Positions 27,467 through 35,163 of a stretch of DNA of 64,000 nucleotides are shown here, in pieces. The notes beneath the pieces were generated by a model. The model did not search any database and was not told the origin of the DNA. It saw only the letters and a list, made by a program, of their open reading frames with translations. Location: contig CAZXRC010000002.1 in NCBI GenBank assembly GCA_964642475.1, forward strand, positions 148,028 through 212,027. The letters are read 5' to 3'. Positions within the stretch are counted from its first letter, which is position 1. Each line of letters opens with the position of its first letter. The position numbers were made by a program, and so were the translations under genes. Source of the DNA: an uncultured Gemmatimonadaceae bacterium (GTDB lineage Bacteria; Gemmatimonadota; Gemmatimonadetes; Gemmatimonadales; GWC2-71-9).

Positions 27467-28072
27467 TCAGGCGGCGGGGTGGTCCGGGGGCCTGAGATCG
27501 GGTGCCGGCTTCCGGTCAAGCTTGCGGCGCACCAGGCGGGTGATCAGCCAGACGATGAACGCTCCAGCCACCAGGGCAACCAGCAGGTAGCGTTCGAGGG
27601 CCTTCACCTCACCTGCCAACGCCGTGGTGCCGTGGCCAAGAAGGTAGCCCAGCAGGGCGAAGCCGGTCGAGCCCAGCAGACAGCCGGCGGCATCATAGGA
27701 GAGGAAGCGAGGCAGCGGGAGGCCGTGCTGGCCCCAGAACAACATGCTGGCATTGCGTGTGCCATACACCACCCGGGCGGCGAGCAGTTGCCAGGGTCCC
27801 AGGCGCACCGCGAGCCGCTCGATGCCGGGTCCCACCGACCGGTAGAGTCGGTTCTCCCGGATCCGCCGGCGGAGCCTGCGGCCCACGGTATACCAGGCCA
27901 GATCGCCGACCAGGTTGCCGGCGGCGCCCGCGAGCACCACGCCCGCCAGCGGCAGGACCCCGAGATGGGCCAGCACTCCGGCCAGGAGGATGCTGAGATC
28001 GCCCTCCACCATGGCCAGCAGGAGCAGGGCGATCAGACCATGCTCCGAGAGAAACCGTTCCAGCGGAGTCAT
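27467..28072 (-). CDS. DedA-family membrane protein
   Basis: 201 aa. ..LLLAMVEGDLSILLAGVLAHLG..GNLVGDLAWYTVGRR.. is typical of DedA/SNARE-associated proteins. Confidence 0.85.
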   Translation of the reverse strand: MTPLERFLSEHGLIALLLLAMVEGDLSILLAGVLAHLGVLPLAGVVLAGAAGNLVGDLAWYTVGRRLRRRIRENRLYRSVGPGIERLAVRLGPWQLLAARVVYGTRNASMLFWGQHGLPLPRFLSYDAAGCLLGSTGFALLGYLLGHGTTALAGEVKALERYLLVALVAGAFIVWLITRLVRRKLDRKPAPDLRPPDHPAA

Positions 28073-28101
28073 CCGATCCCAAGTATACCCGGTCCTCGTC
28101 G

Positions 28102-29559
28102 ATGAAACTCACCCTGTCCCGCCGGATCGCGCTCCTGACCGCGGTGCTGGCGCTGCTCCTGGTCACTGGCTCGACCGAGATCGGGCTGCGGCTGTCGGAG
28201 CGTGCCCGCCTCGACGATCTCGAGGTGGAGTCGGTGGACCTGGCGACTACCCTGGCGGACTACCTCACCCGGATCTCCCCCACCGGAGAGGCGTCAGCGC
28301 TGCTGGTGGGGCTGGACGGCTGGTCCCGGCGCCACATCACCGAGACCACCGCCATTGTCTTCGTGGTGGATGAGGGGGAACTGACCCCGATTGCCGCGAG
28401 CGACACCACCTTTGACCTCGACCCCTCGGAGTTCGATCGCCGGGCGCTGATTGAAGGCCGGCCGATCGCCTGGTTCCGAAGCGGCGCCAACCCACCCAGC
28501 CAGGAGGTGGCGGTGCCTCTGGGGGGGCGGACCCGCTACGGGGTTCTCCACATTCGGGTCTCGACGGGACGGCTCGCCGACTGGGCCCGGACCGAGCGTC
28601 GGCGGGCCCTGTTACTCGCGCTGGCGACGGGGGCTCTTCTAGCTATCGGGGTCGGAGTGCTGAGCGCCCGCTGGGTGGGACGGCCCCTGGCCGCCCTCAG
28701 CGGCGCCATGGCCGGCGCCCATGGTGGCGCGGAGGGGTCCCCGGAGGCCCGGGAGGTTGGACCGCCGGAATTCCGCCTGGTGGCCCGGAAGTACAACCAG
28801 CTCCGGGACGCGCTGGTGGGGCGGGAGCGGGAGAGTGAGGCCCGGGCGGCGCTGCTGGCGTTGGAGGACCGGGCCCGCAACTACGACCGGCTGGCCCAGG
28901 CGGAGGAGATAGCGGCCGCCTTCGCGCACGAGATCGGCACCCCGCTGAACACGATCAATGGTCACCTGCAGCTGATGCGGGAAGACCTTCGGGTGCACGG
29001 AGATCGGGAAGGCCAGGAGCGGGTCGAGCTGCTGCTGACCCAGCTCGATCGGGTGGCCAAGATCGTCCGCGGGCGGCTCGAGCGCGGCAGGTGGCCGGCC
29101 CCGGCCGGGGCCGCGGTGGACCTCGAGGGACTGGCCCAGCGGATGCTCAGGTTTCTCCAGCCATCCTTGGAGGCCGCCGGGGTCAGGCCGGTGCTGGTCC
29201 AGCGGAGCAACGGCACCCGGGCTCTGGCGCGGGGAGATGGCGATCTGGTCGAGCAGATTCTGCTCAATCTTCTCAAGAACGCGATCGAAGCGCTTCCCCC
29301 AGGCGGTCAGATTACCCTCTCGACCGGGGCCGGCCCCGAGGGTGCCTATCTGCGCGTGGCCGACAACGGGCCGGGGCTGCCGGAAGAGGCGCGGAGTCAG
29401 CTGTTTCAGCCGTTCGTGACGTCGAAGGCGCAGGGCACCGGTCTCGGGCTGGCCGTGAGCCGGAGGCTGGCGCGTACCCTCGGTGGCGAGTTGGCCCTCA
29501 TTCCCGCGGAACGTGGTACTTGCTGGCAGCTGACGCTGCCGCTCCATGAGGATACATGA
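28102..29559 (+). CDS. sensor histidine kinase (NtrB/AtoS-like partner of the following NtrC-type regulator)
   Basis: Two TM segments with a periplasmic loop. H-box AAFAHEIGTPLNTINGHLQLM. HATPase boxes (LLNLLKNAIEA, DNGPGLP, GTGLGLAV). Confidence 0.88.
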   Translation: MKLTLSRRIALLTAVLALLLVTGSTEIGLRLSERARLDDLEVESVDLATTLADYLTRISPTGEASALLVGLDGWSRRHITETTAIVFVVDEGELTPIAASDTTFDLDPSEFDRRALIEGRPIAWFRSGANPPSQEVAVPLGGRTRYGVLHIRVSTGRLADWARTERRRALLLALATGALLAIGVGVLSARWVGRPLAALSGAMAGAHGGAEGSPEAREVGPPEFRLVARKYNQLRDALVGRERESEARAALLALEDRARNYDRLAQAEEIAAAFAHEIGTPLNTINGHLQLMREDLRVHGDREGQERVELLLTQLDRVAKIVRGRLERGRWPAPAGAAVDLEGLAQRMLRFLQPSLEAAGVRPVLVQRSNGTRALARGDGDLVEQILLNLLKNAIEALPPGGQITLSTGAGPEGAYLRVADNGPGLPEEARSQLFQPFVTSKAQGTGLGLAVSRRLARTLGGELALIPAERGTCWQLTLPLHEDT

Positions 29560-30995
29560 CACCCAAATCGGCTCTGGTCGCCGCACCGCGGCTTCTGCTG
29601 GTGGACGACGACGAAGAGGCCTGCCGGCTCCTGGCCGAGGTGCTCTCGCGCGAGTCGTATCGGGTCTCGCGGGCCCTCTCGGCGCGGGAGGCGCTTCGAC
29701 TGGTCGAGGAGGAAGGCCCCTTCGACGCGGTCCTCACCGACCTCCGGATGCCGGAGGCGAGCGGGCTCGACCTGCTGGCCGACCTCCGCAAGCGGGACCC
29801 CGAGGCGCTGGTGCTGGTGCTCACCGCCTTCGGCGACGGAGCCGGTGCCGCCGAAGCGATCCGTTCCGGCGCATACGATTTCATCAGCAAGCCCTACGAC
29901 CTGGCGGAGCTCCGGGAAACGCTGGCCCGGGCGCTGGAGCGGCGCCAGCTGGTGGCGGACCGCCAATCGGCCGCGATGACCCTGCCGACGACCGCCGGGA
30001 GCCCCACTCCCAGCGGCGGGCTGGTGGGACACAGTCCGGCCATTATCAAGGTGATGAAGCAGGTGGCCCGGGTCGCTCCAACCCAGGCCACCGTGCTCAT
30101 CACCGGCGAAACCGGCACCGGCAAGGAACTGGTGGCGCGGACCATCCACCGCTTCTCCGAGCGGGCCAACCAGCGGATGGTGGCCCTCAACTGCTCGGCG
30201 CTGGCGGAGGGACTGCTCGAGAGCGAGCTCTTCGGCCATGTCCGGGGTGCCTTCACCGGGGCGGTCAACAACCGGGCTGGCCTCTTCCGCGAGGCCGACC
30301 GCGGCACCGTCTTCCTCGATGAGATCGGGGACATCTCCCCGGGGCTGCAGGCCCGCCTGCTCCGGGTGCTCCAGGAGCAGGAAATCGTTCCGGTGGGGGC
30401 GGAACACCCCGTCAAGGTCGACGTACGCGTGATTGCGGCAACCCACCGCGACCTGCCGACCCTGGTGCAGGAGCGAAAGTTCCGGGAGGCTCTCTACTAC
30501 CGGCTCAACGTGGTCACCGTCCACCTGCCGCCGCTCAGAGAACGGCGGCAGGATATCCCCCTGCTCATCGACCACTTCCTTACCACCCTGGCGGGCCGGC
30601 ATGGCCGGGGACCGGTGGCAATGGACCCCGGGGCGCAGGCGCTGCTGCTGGCGCACGACTGGCCCGGCAACGTTCGCGAGCTGGAGAATGTGCTGGAGCG
30701 GGCCCTGGTACTAGCGGAAATCGACGTGATCGGACCGGAGCATCTGCCCGAGGCACTCAGAGCCCCCCGGGCGGCGGTCCCGGTGGCCGGTGGCGCCGAA
30801 CCGACGACGGCGGAAGCGACCCCGGGGGCCGAGACCGAGCTCGTCACCCTCGACGAGCTGGACCGCCGGCATGTCTTCCGAGTCCTGGCAGCGATGAATG
30901 GCAGCCGGGAAACGTCGGCGCGGATCCTGGGGATCTCACGCCGCACCCTCACCCGGATGATCCAGCGCTGGGGGTGGAAGCCAGGGGCGAAGTAG
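29556..30995 (+). CDS. sigma-54-dependent response regulator (NtrC family: REC-AAA+-Fis HTH)
   Basis: Receiver (LLLVDDDEEA..VLTDLRMPE), Walker A GETGTGKE, GAFTGA loop, ESELFGH, and C-terminal HTH (RETSARILGISRRTLTRMIQRWG). ATG 29556 overlaps the kinase stop (ATGA). Confidence 0.93.
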   Translation: MTPKSALVAAPRLLLVDDDEEACRLLAEVLSRESYRVSRALSAREALRLVEEEGPFDAVLTDLRMPEASGLDLLADLRKRDPEALVLVLTAFGDGAGAAEAIRSGAYDFISKPYDLAELRETLARALERRQLVADRQSAAMTLPTTAGSPTPSGGLVGHSPAIIKVMKQVARVAPTQATVLITGETGTGKELVARTIHRFSERANQRMVALNCSALAEGLLESELFGHVRGAFTGAVNNRAGLFREADRGTVFLDEIGDISPGLQARLLRVLQEQEIVPVGAEHPVKVDVRVIAATHRDLPTLVQERKFREALYYRLNVVTVHLPPLRERRQDIPLLIDHFLTTLAGRHGRGPVAMDPGAQALLLAHDWPGNVRELENVLERALVLAEIDVIGPEHLPEALRAPRAAVPVAGGAEPTTAEATPGAETELVTLDELDRRHVFRVLAAMNGSRETSARILGISRRTLTRMIQRWGWKPGAK

Positions 30996-31000
30996 GAGGT

Positions 31001-31077
31001 GGAGAGTCGGGAGACCAAGTCGGGAGTCGAGAGTCGGCGCACCGTCTACACCGGGTGACTCTCGACTCTCGACTCTT
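31001..31077. repeat. inverted tandem-heptamer hairpin (GAGAGTC-type versus GACTCTC-type)
   Basis: GGAGAGTCGGGAGACCAAGTCGGGAGTCGAGAGTCGG (31001-31037), a 17-nt loop, then GTGACTCTCGACTCTCGACTCTT (31055-31077). It starts 6 nt after the ntrC-type stop, in terminator position. Confidence 0.8.
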
Positions 31078-31080
31078 TCA

Positions 31081-31160
31081 CGCCCCACGCTCGCCTACCT
31101 TCCCCCACGCCAATCCGCCCCGCCACTCTGTCCGCCGCGGCGCCACTCTGTCCCGTCCCA
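31081..31160 (+). promoter_or_regulatory. candidate enhancer (UAS) repeats upstream of the sigma-54 promoter
   Basis: Two pairs of direct repeats have 20-nt periodicity. CCCCACGC occurs at 31083 and 31103. CGCCACTCTGTCC occurs at 31121 and 31141. They lie 45-115 nt upstream of the -24 element. Confidence 0.3.
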
Positions 31161-31194
31161 GCCAGTCCACCTGCCAAATACCCGGCGAGAGTCG

Positions 31195-31210
31195 CGGCAC
31201 ACCGATTGCC
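31195..31210 (+). promoter_or_regulatory. sigma-54 (-24/-12) promoter candidate
   Basis: cGGCACaccgaTTGCc matches TGGCAC-N5-TTGC with exact GG-to-GC spacing (GG 31196-31197, GC 31208-31209). It is about 60 nt upstream of ATG 31272 and directly downstream of an NtrC-type activator gene. Confidence 0.55.
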
Positions 31211-31271
31211 CATTCCTACCGCGAAGTCGTGTTGACGGGTGATCGCACGACGTACCCCAACGGAGGAAACC

Positions 31272-31637
31272 ATGATCCGCAGGACTGCCTTTACCGCGCT
31301 CGCCCTGGGCCTGCTCGCCGCGTCGGTCGCATCGGCCCAAAGTGCCGCGACGGCGGCGCCGGCTACACCGGCGGCCAAGCAGCAGCCGGCCGCCAAGCCG
31401 GCGGCCCCGGCCCCGGTCAAGCCGGCGGCCGCGTCGATGAAGAAAGCCGAGGTGCTGGACCTGAACACCGCGACCCGGGACCAGTTGGTGGCCCTGCCGG
31501 GTATCGGCGAGACCTACGCCGACGCGATCATCAAGAACCGTCCCTACAAGTCGAAGGCCGAGCTGGTCTCGAAGAAGGTCATCCCCTCGGCGGCGTACAA
31601 GAAGGTTCGCGCTCACGTGATCGCCCACCAGGGCTGA
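31272..31637 (+). CDS. periplasmic helix-hairpin-helix protein, ComEA-like
   Basis: Start ATG 31272, preceded by GGAGGA (31262-31267). Signal peptide MIRRTAFTALALGLLAASVASAQ, an Ala/Pro/Lys-rich linker, then the HhH motif LDLNTATRDQLVALPGIGETYADAIIKNRPY. Confidence 0.8.
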   Translation: MIRRTAFTALALGLLAASVASAQSAATAAPATPAAKQQPAAKPAAPAPVKPAAASMKKAEVLDLNTATRDQLVALPGIGETYADAIIKNRPYKSKAELVSKKVIPSAAYKKVRAHVIAHQG

Positions 31638-31696
31638 TCCGCCGCCGGGTCTCCCCGCGGAGCACCACGGCAACCCTCCCTCCGCTCCGCGTTCTG

Positions 31697-31728
31697 GCCG
31701 TCCGTCGGACAATTGTCCGGCGGGCGGC
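31697..31728 (+). terminator. GC hairpin around a perfect palindrome CGGACAATTGTCCG
   Basis: GCCGTCCGTCGGACA / TGTCCGGCGGGCGGC (13 Watson-Crick + 2 G-U pairs). It lies 60 nt after the ComEA-like stop and has no U-tract. It could alternatively be an operator. Confidence 0.4.
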
Positions 31729-31750
31729 CCTCTCGGTTCCTCCCCCCGGC

Positions 31751-31779
31751 TTGACGCCGCTCCCGGCGCATCGTAACCT
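31751..31779 (+). promoter_or_regulatory. candidate sigma-70 promoter of the TonB-dependent receptor gene
   Basis: TTGACG (31751-31756), 17-nt spacer, TAACCT (31774-31779). GGAGGG lies just before ATG 31839. Confidence 0.4.
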
Positions 31780-31838
31780 CGGCTGAGGTTCGTGCCCGCC
31801 AAAATTCCCGCATCATCCCCATATCCGGAGGGATCGGC

Positions 31839-34649
31839 ATGTTTCGATCCGTCGTCCGCACGCTTGCCCCCGGCGCCCTCCTGGCGCTCCTCGCGGTGGT
31901 GGCCCGCCCGGTCCAGGCTCAATCCGGCAGCGTGTCGGGGCAGGTCTCCGACAGCACCGGGGGGGCGGTGGCCGGGGCCATCGTCACGGTAGACAAGACC
32001 AGCCTCCGCGCCACCACCAGCGCGAGCGGCCGGTATGTGCTCCGCGGCGTGCCCGCCGGGAGCCAGGTCATCCGGATCCGGGCCATCGGCTTCCTGCCGG
32101 CCAGCGCGACGGTCGAGGTGGCCGGAGACCGGACCCAGGACTTCGCGCTCGTGCGCTCGCCGGTGGAGCTGGCCCCGATCGACATCGTGGTCGGTTCCCG
32201 CGGCCGGCACACCGCGGCCGAGGAGTTGGCGGTTCCGGTGGACGTGTACACCGCGGAGCAGATTCAGCAGCAGGGGACCACCGAAACCAGTCAGATCCTC
32301 CAGAGCCTGTCCCCCTCGGTGAACTTCCCCCGTCAGAGCGTGACGGACGCGAACGACATCATGCGGCCGTTCACGCTGCGGGGGCTCTCGCCCGACCATA
32401 CCCTGGTGCTGGTGAACGGCTGGCGGCGTCACCAGATGGCGGTGCTCAATACCTTCGCCTACGGGATGGGCGCCGGTTCGACCGGGGTCGACATGAACGC
32501 TATCCCCGGCGGCGCGGTGGAACGGATCGAAGTACTGCGCGACGGGGCCGCGGCCCAATACGGCTCCGACGCGATCGCCGGGGTGGTGAACGTCGTGCTC
32601 AAGGAGGGGAAGTTCGCGCCCTTCCTGAGCACCAACGCCGGACAGTACGTGACCGGCAAGGGCTACAAGAACGACGGAACCACGGTCGACATGAACGGCG
32701 GGCTGGGGATCGGGCTGGGGCGCGGCTCGCTCGCGATCTTCGGCGAGTTCCAGCAGCGCGACCGGACCAACCGGGCCTGGGCCGATCCATTCCTGGTCGA
32801 CCGGGCCGGCAACGCCGATTCGATCAACCCCAAGACCGGCGAAGTGATCGTGAAGCGGAACAGTCTCCGCCAGCCGAACCTGCATTGGGGCGACGGGCTC
32901 GAGAAGGACGCGATGACGTTCGCCAACTTCCGGATGCCGCTCAACCCATCCGGGTCGAGCGAGGTGTATGCCTTCAGCGGCTACAGCCACCGGACCGGCA
33001 CCGGGAACGGCTACTGGCGCTACTTCGATGGGAACCGGAACTGGCCGGAGATCTACGCCGACGGCTTCCTTCCCGAGTTCCATCCCACGGACGAGGACTT
33101 CTCGGCCACCGGCGGCGTCCGCACCTCGGCCGGGGGCTGGGGCATCGATTTCGGCGGCTCCTACGGGGTGAACCGCTTCGACTACGATCTCGAGAACACG
33201 CTCAACGCCTCGCTCGGTCCCTGCCTGGTGACGGCCTGCGCCCCCGGCGCCGATGGGGTCCTGGGCACCGGGGATGACCCGGGGATTCCCAATCAGACCA
33301 GCTTCTTCGCCGGCCGGCTGCTCAAGCGGGAGACACTCGGCGCGCTGAACCTGGCGCGCTCGGTGAACGTGGGGCTGCCCGGGCCGCTCAACGTGGCGGT
33401 GGGCGCGGCGGTGCGGCGGGAACAGTTCAAGATCGAGGCGGGCGAGCGGGCCTCGTGGATCAACGGCAACCACCAGGCCCAGGACTCAAGCGGTCCGGCG
33501 CCGGGCGGCTCCTCGGTCTTCGGGGGATTCTCGCCGGGCGACGCGTCCGACCACAGCCGCACCAACTACGGCTTCTACGCCGATCTCGAGAGCAACCTCT
33601 CGAAGGACGTGCTGGCCAATGTGGCGGGTCGGTTCGAGAACTACAGCGACTTCGGGTCCCGGGTCTCCGGGAAGGCGGCACTCCGCTTCCAGCCCAACCG
33701 CCGGCTGGTCCTGCGGGGGGCGGCCAGCACCGGCTTCCGGGCTCCGGGGCTGGCCCAGAACTACTTCAGCCACGTCACCACGAGCTTCATCGCCGGCCAG
33801 CTGGTGGAGGTGGGCAACTTCCCGACCGACCACCCCGCCTCGAAGCTCTTCGGGGCCAAGCCGCTCCGGGAAGAGACGTCGCTCAACCTCAGCGCCGGCC
33901 TGGCGGTGACCCCGCGGGACAATTTCACGCTCACGCTCGACGTCTTCCACATCAAGATCAACGATCGGATCCTGCTGGGCGCCACCTTCGACGACGACAC
34001 CACGCTCGCGATTCTCGCGGCCAACGGTTTCACCGGCATCGGCGGCCTGCAGTACTTCACCAACGGCCTCGACACCAAGACCCAGGGCATCGACCTCGGC
34101 GCCAATCTCCGGGTGCCGGCCGGCGCGAGCGGGACCCTGACGTTCGATCTCGGCGTGAACTACACCAAGAACGAGATCACTCACATCGATCCCCTGCCGG
34201 CGATCCTGGCCAACTCGGACGAACCGGGGCTGATCGACTCGGTGACCTACATCGGCATTACCGAGGAGCGGCCCGACTGGCGCGGCACCCTCACCACCAA
34301 CTACGAGACCGGCCGGTTCCATGCCCTGGGCCGGGCCAGCTACTTCGGCAAGTTCTCTTCGGCCCAGCCGGGATTCTGCGACCTCTGCCGCGAGAACTAC
34401 GGCGCCAAGACGCTGTTCGATCTCGAAGTCGGGTACAATTTCAACCAGATCAAGGTCTCGGTCGGCGCCCGCAACCTCTTCGACACCTATCCCGATTCGC
34501 CGAAGTCGCTGCGAGACGTGGATGGCGCCGGCAGCACTTCGAAGGACTTCAACAACAACTTCGGGACCTTCCCCTGGGCGGCGGCATCGCCGTTCGGGTA
34601 TAACGGGCGGTTCCTGTACAGCCGGGTGGATTTGACGCTGGGATGGTAG
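31839..34649 (+). CDS. TonB-dependent outer-membrane receptor with N-terminal carboxypeptidase-regulatory-like domain
   Basis: Signal peptide, then GSVSGQVSDSTGGAVAGAIVTV..GRYVLRGVPAG (CarbopepD_reg-like), then a plug (IDIVVGSRGRHTAAE.., LRGLSPDHTLVLVNG, NAIPGGAVERIEVLRDGAAAQYGSDAIAGVVN). The barrel ends ..RVDLTLGW. Confidence 0.92.
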   Translation: MFRSVVRTLAPGALLALLAVVARPVQAQSGSVSGQVSDSTGGAVAGAIVTVDKTSLRATTSASGRYVLRGVPAGSQVIRIRAIGFLPASATVEVAGDRTQDFALVRSPVELAPIDIVVGSRGRHTAAEELAVPVDVYTAEQIQQQGTTETSQILQSLSPSVNFPRQSVTDANDIMRPFTLRGLSPDHTLVLVNGWRRHQMAVLNTFAYGMGAGSTGVDMNAIPGGAVERIEVLRDGAAAQYGSDAIAGVVNVVLKEGKFAPFLSTNAGQYVTGKGYKNDGTTVDMNGGLGIGLGRGSLAIFGEFQQRDRTNRAWADPFLVDRAGNADSINPKTGEVIVKRNSLRQPNLHWGDGLEKDAMTFANFRMPLNPSGSSEVYAFSGYSHRTGTGNGYWRYFDGNRNWPEIYADGFLPEFHPTDEDFSATGGVRTSAGGWGIDFGGSYGVNRFDYDLENTLNASLGPCLVTACAPGADGVLGTGDDPGIPNQTSFFAGRLLKRETLGALNLARSVNVGLPGPLNVAVGAAVRREQFKIEAGERASWINGNHQAQDSSGPAPGGSSVFGGFSPGDASDHSRTNYGFYADLESNLSKDVLANVAGRFENYSDFGSRVSGKAALRFQPNRRLVLRGAASTGFRAPGLAQNYFSHVTTSFIAGQLVEVGNFPTDHPASKLFGAKPLREETSLNLSAGLAVTPRDNFTLTLDVFHIKINDRILLGATFDDDTTLAILAANGFTGIGGLQYFTNGLDTKTQGIDLGANLRVPAGASGTLTFDLGVNYTKNEITHIDPLPAILANSDEPGLIDSVTYIGITEERPDWRGTLTTNYETGRFHALGRASYFGKFSSAQPGFCDLCRENYGAKTLFDLEVGYNFNQIKVSVGARNLFDTYPDSPKSLRDVDGAGSTSKDFNNNFGTFPWAAASPFGYNGRFLYSRVDLTLGW

Positions 34650-34713
34650 GCGGTCAGGCGGTCAGGCGGTCAGGCGGTCAGGTGGTCAGGTGGTCAGGTG
34701 GTCAGGTGGTCAG
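34650..34713. repeat. tandem octamer array (GCGGTCAG)4(GTGGTCAG)4, left arm of the four-helix-bundle cassette
   Basis: Eight contiguous 8-nt units start 1 nt after the receptor stop (34647-34649). The last unit contains the stop codon (34710-34712, minus strand) of the cassette gene. Confidence 0.95.
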
Positions 34714-35079
34714 GTCCGGAGGGTGCTTCGCCGCACCGAGGCGTACAAGCCCCAGACGGATCTGCCCGCCTGATCGCGTGTTCCTTCCAGCTGCTCCCAT
34801 AAGGTGGACGAGAGGTAACCAAGGTCTTTGGCGAGCCTCAAGAAGTACCCCACCTCAGCCAGAGAACCGTTGGCCATGTCCAGATAGCGACAGAACTCCC
34901 TTGAGCCCCTCTTTCGCGGAACCCTCGGTGATGTTGGCCGCGGCCGATACCGCCGCTCGCCGCGACTGCGATACCAAGCCAAACAGTTCTTCCCAAGGCC
35001 ACTTGGCCGATGCCTGGTAAATGGCAAGAACAAGCTGGTGACAGAGTTGCCAGGCGACGAAGCGCTCGTGAGGTGGCAT
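34710..35079 (-). pseudogene. four-helix-bundle protein gene (23S rRNA IVS protein / Avd-like family), frameshifted
   Basis: The N-terminal half sits in one frame (MPPHERFVAWQLCHQLVLAIYQASAKWPWEELFGLVSQSRRAAVSAAANITEGSAK). The C-terminal half sits in the +1 frame (RGSREFCRYLDMANGSLAEVGYFLRLAKDLGYLSSTLWEQLEG..). Together they give the family pattern FGL.SQ.RRAAVS...NI.EG...R.S..EF..FL..A.GS..E. The span is 370 nt, one nt more than a multiple of three. Confidence 0.8.
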
Positions 35080-35115
35080 ATCGCATCGTAACCCGAACCA
35101 TCGACACACGCACAA

Positions 35116-35163
35116 CTGACCGCCCGACCGCCTGACCGCCTTGCCGCCTGCCCGCCTCCCTAC
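35116..35163. repeat. degenerate inverted octamer array (CTGACCGC-type), right arm of the cassette
   Basis: CTGACCGC CCGACCGC CTGACCGC CTTGCCGC CTGCCCGC CTCCCTAC. The first five units are complementary to the left array at about 35 of 40 positions. The last unit contains the mgtE stop (35160-35162). Confidence 0.8.

Noticed and set aside
31232-31262. A sigma-70-type promoter for the ComEA-like gene (TTGACG at 31232-31237).
   Set aside because: No acceptable -10 hexamer follows at 16-19 nt (TACCCC at best). The sigma-54 element 25 nt upstream is a much better match.
31095-33473. A 792-aa minus-strand ORF, plus similar long antisense ORFs (8514-10643, 6218-7957, 4543-6129, 35358-37409, 36491-38119, 38995-40704, 24889-26610, 54170-55882, 60625-62451, 11824-13440).
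   Set aside because: Each lies opposite a gene with clear homology-type motifs (TonB receptor, kinase, hybrid kinase, ACAD, mgtE/corB, phoH, mutase, sga, MCP, NSS transporter). Each translates to Arg/Gly/Pro-rich low-complexity sequence.
34650-34713. The tandem repeat arrays as a possible CRISPR array.
   Set aside because: The units are only 7-10 nt and directly abutting, with no spacers. The arrays are shorter than 70 nt, and no cas genes are present. They are short tandem repeats forming hairpin arms.
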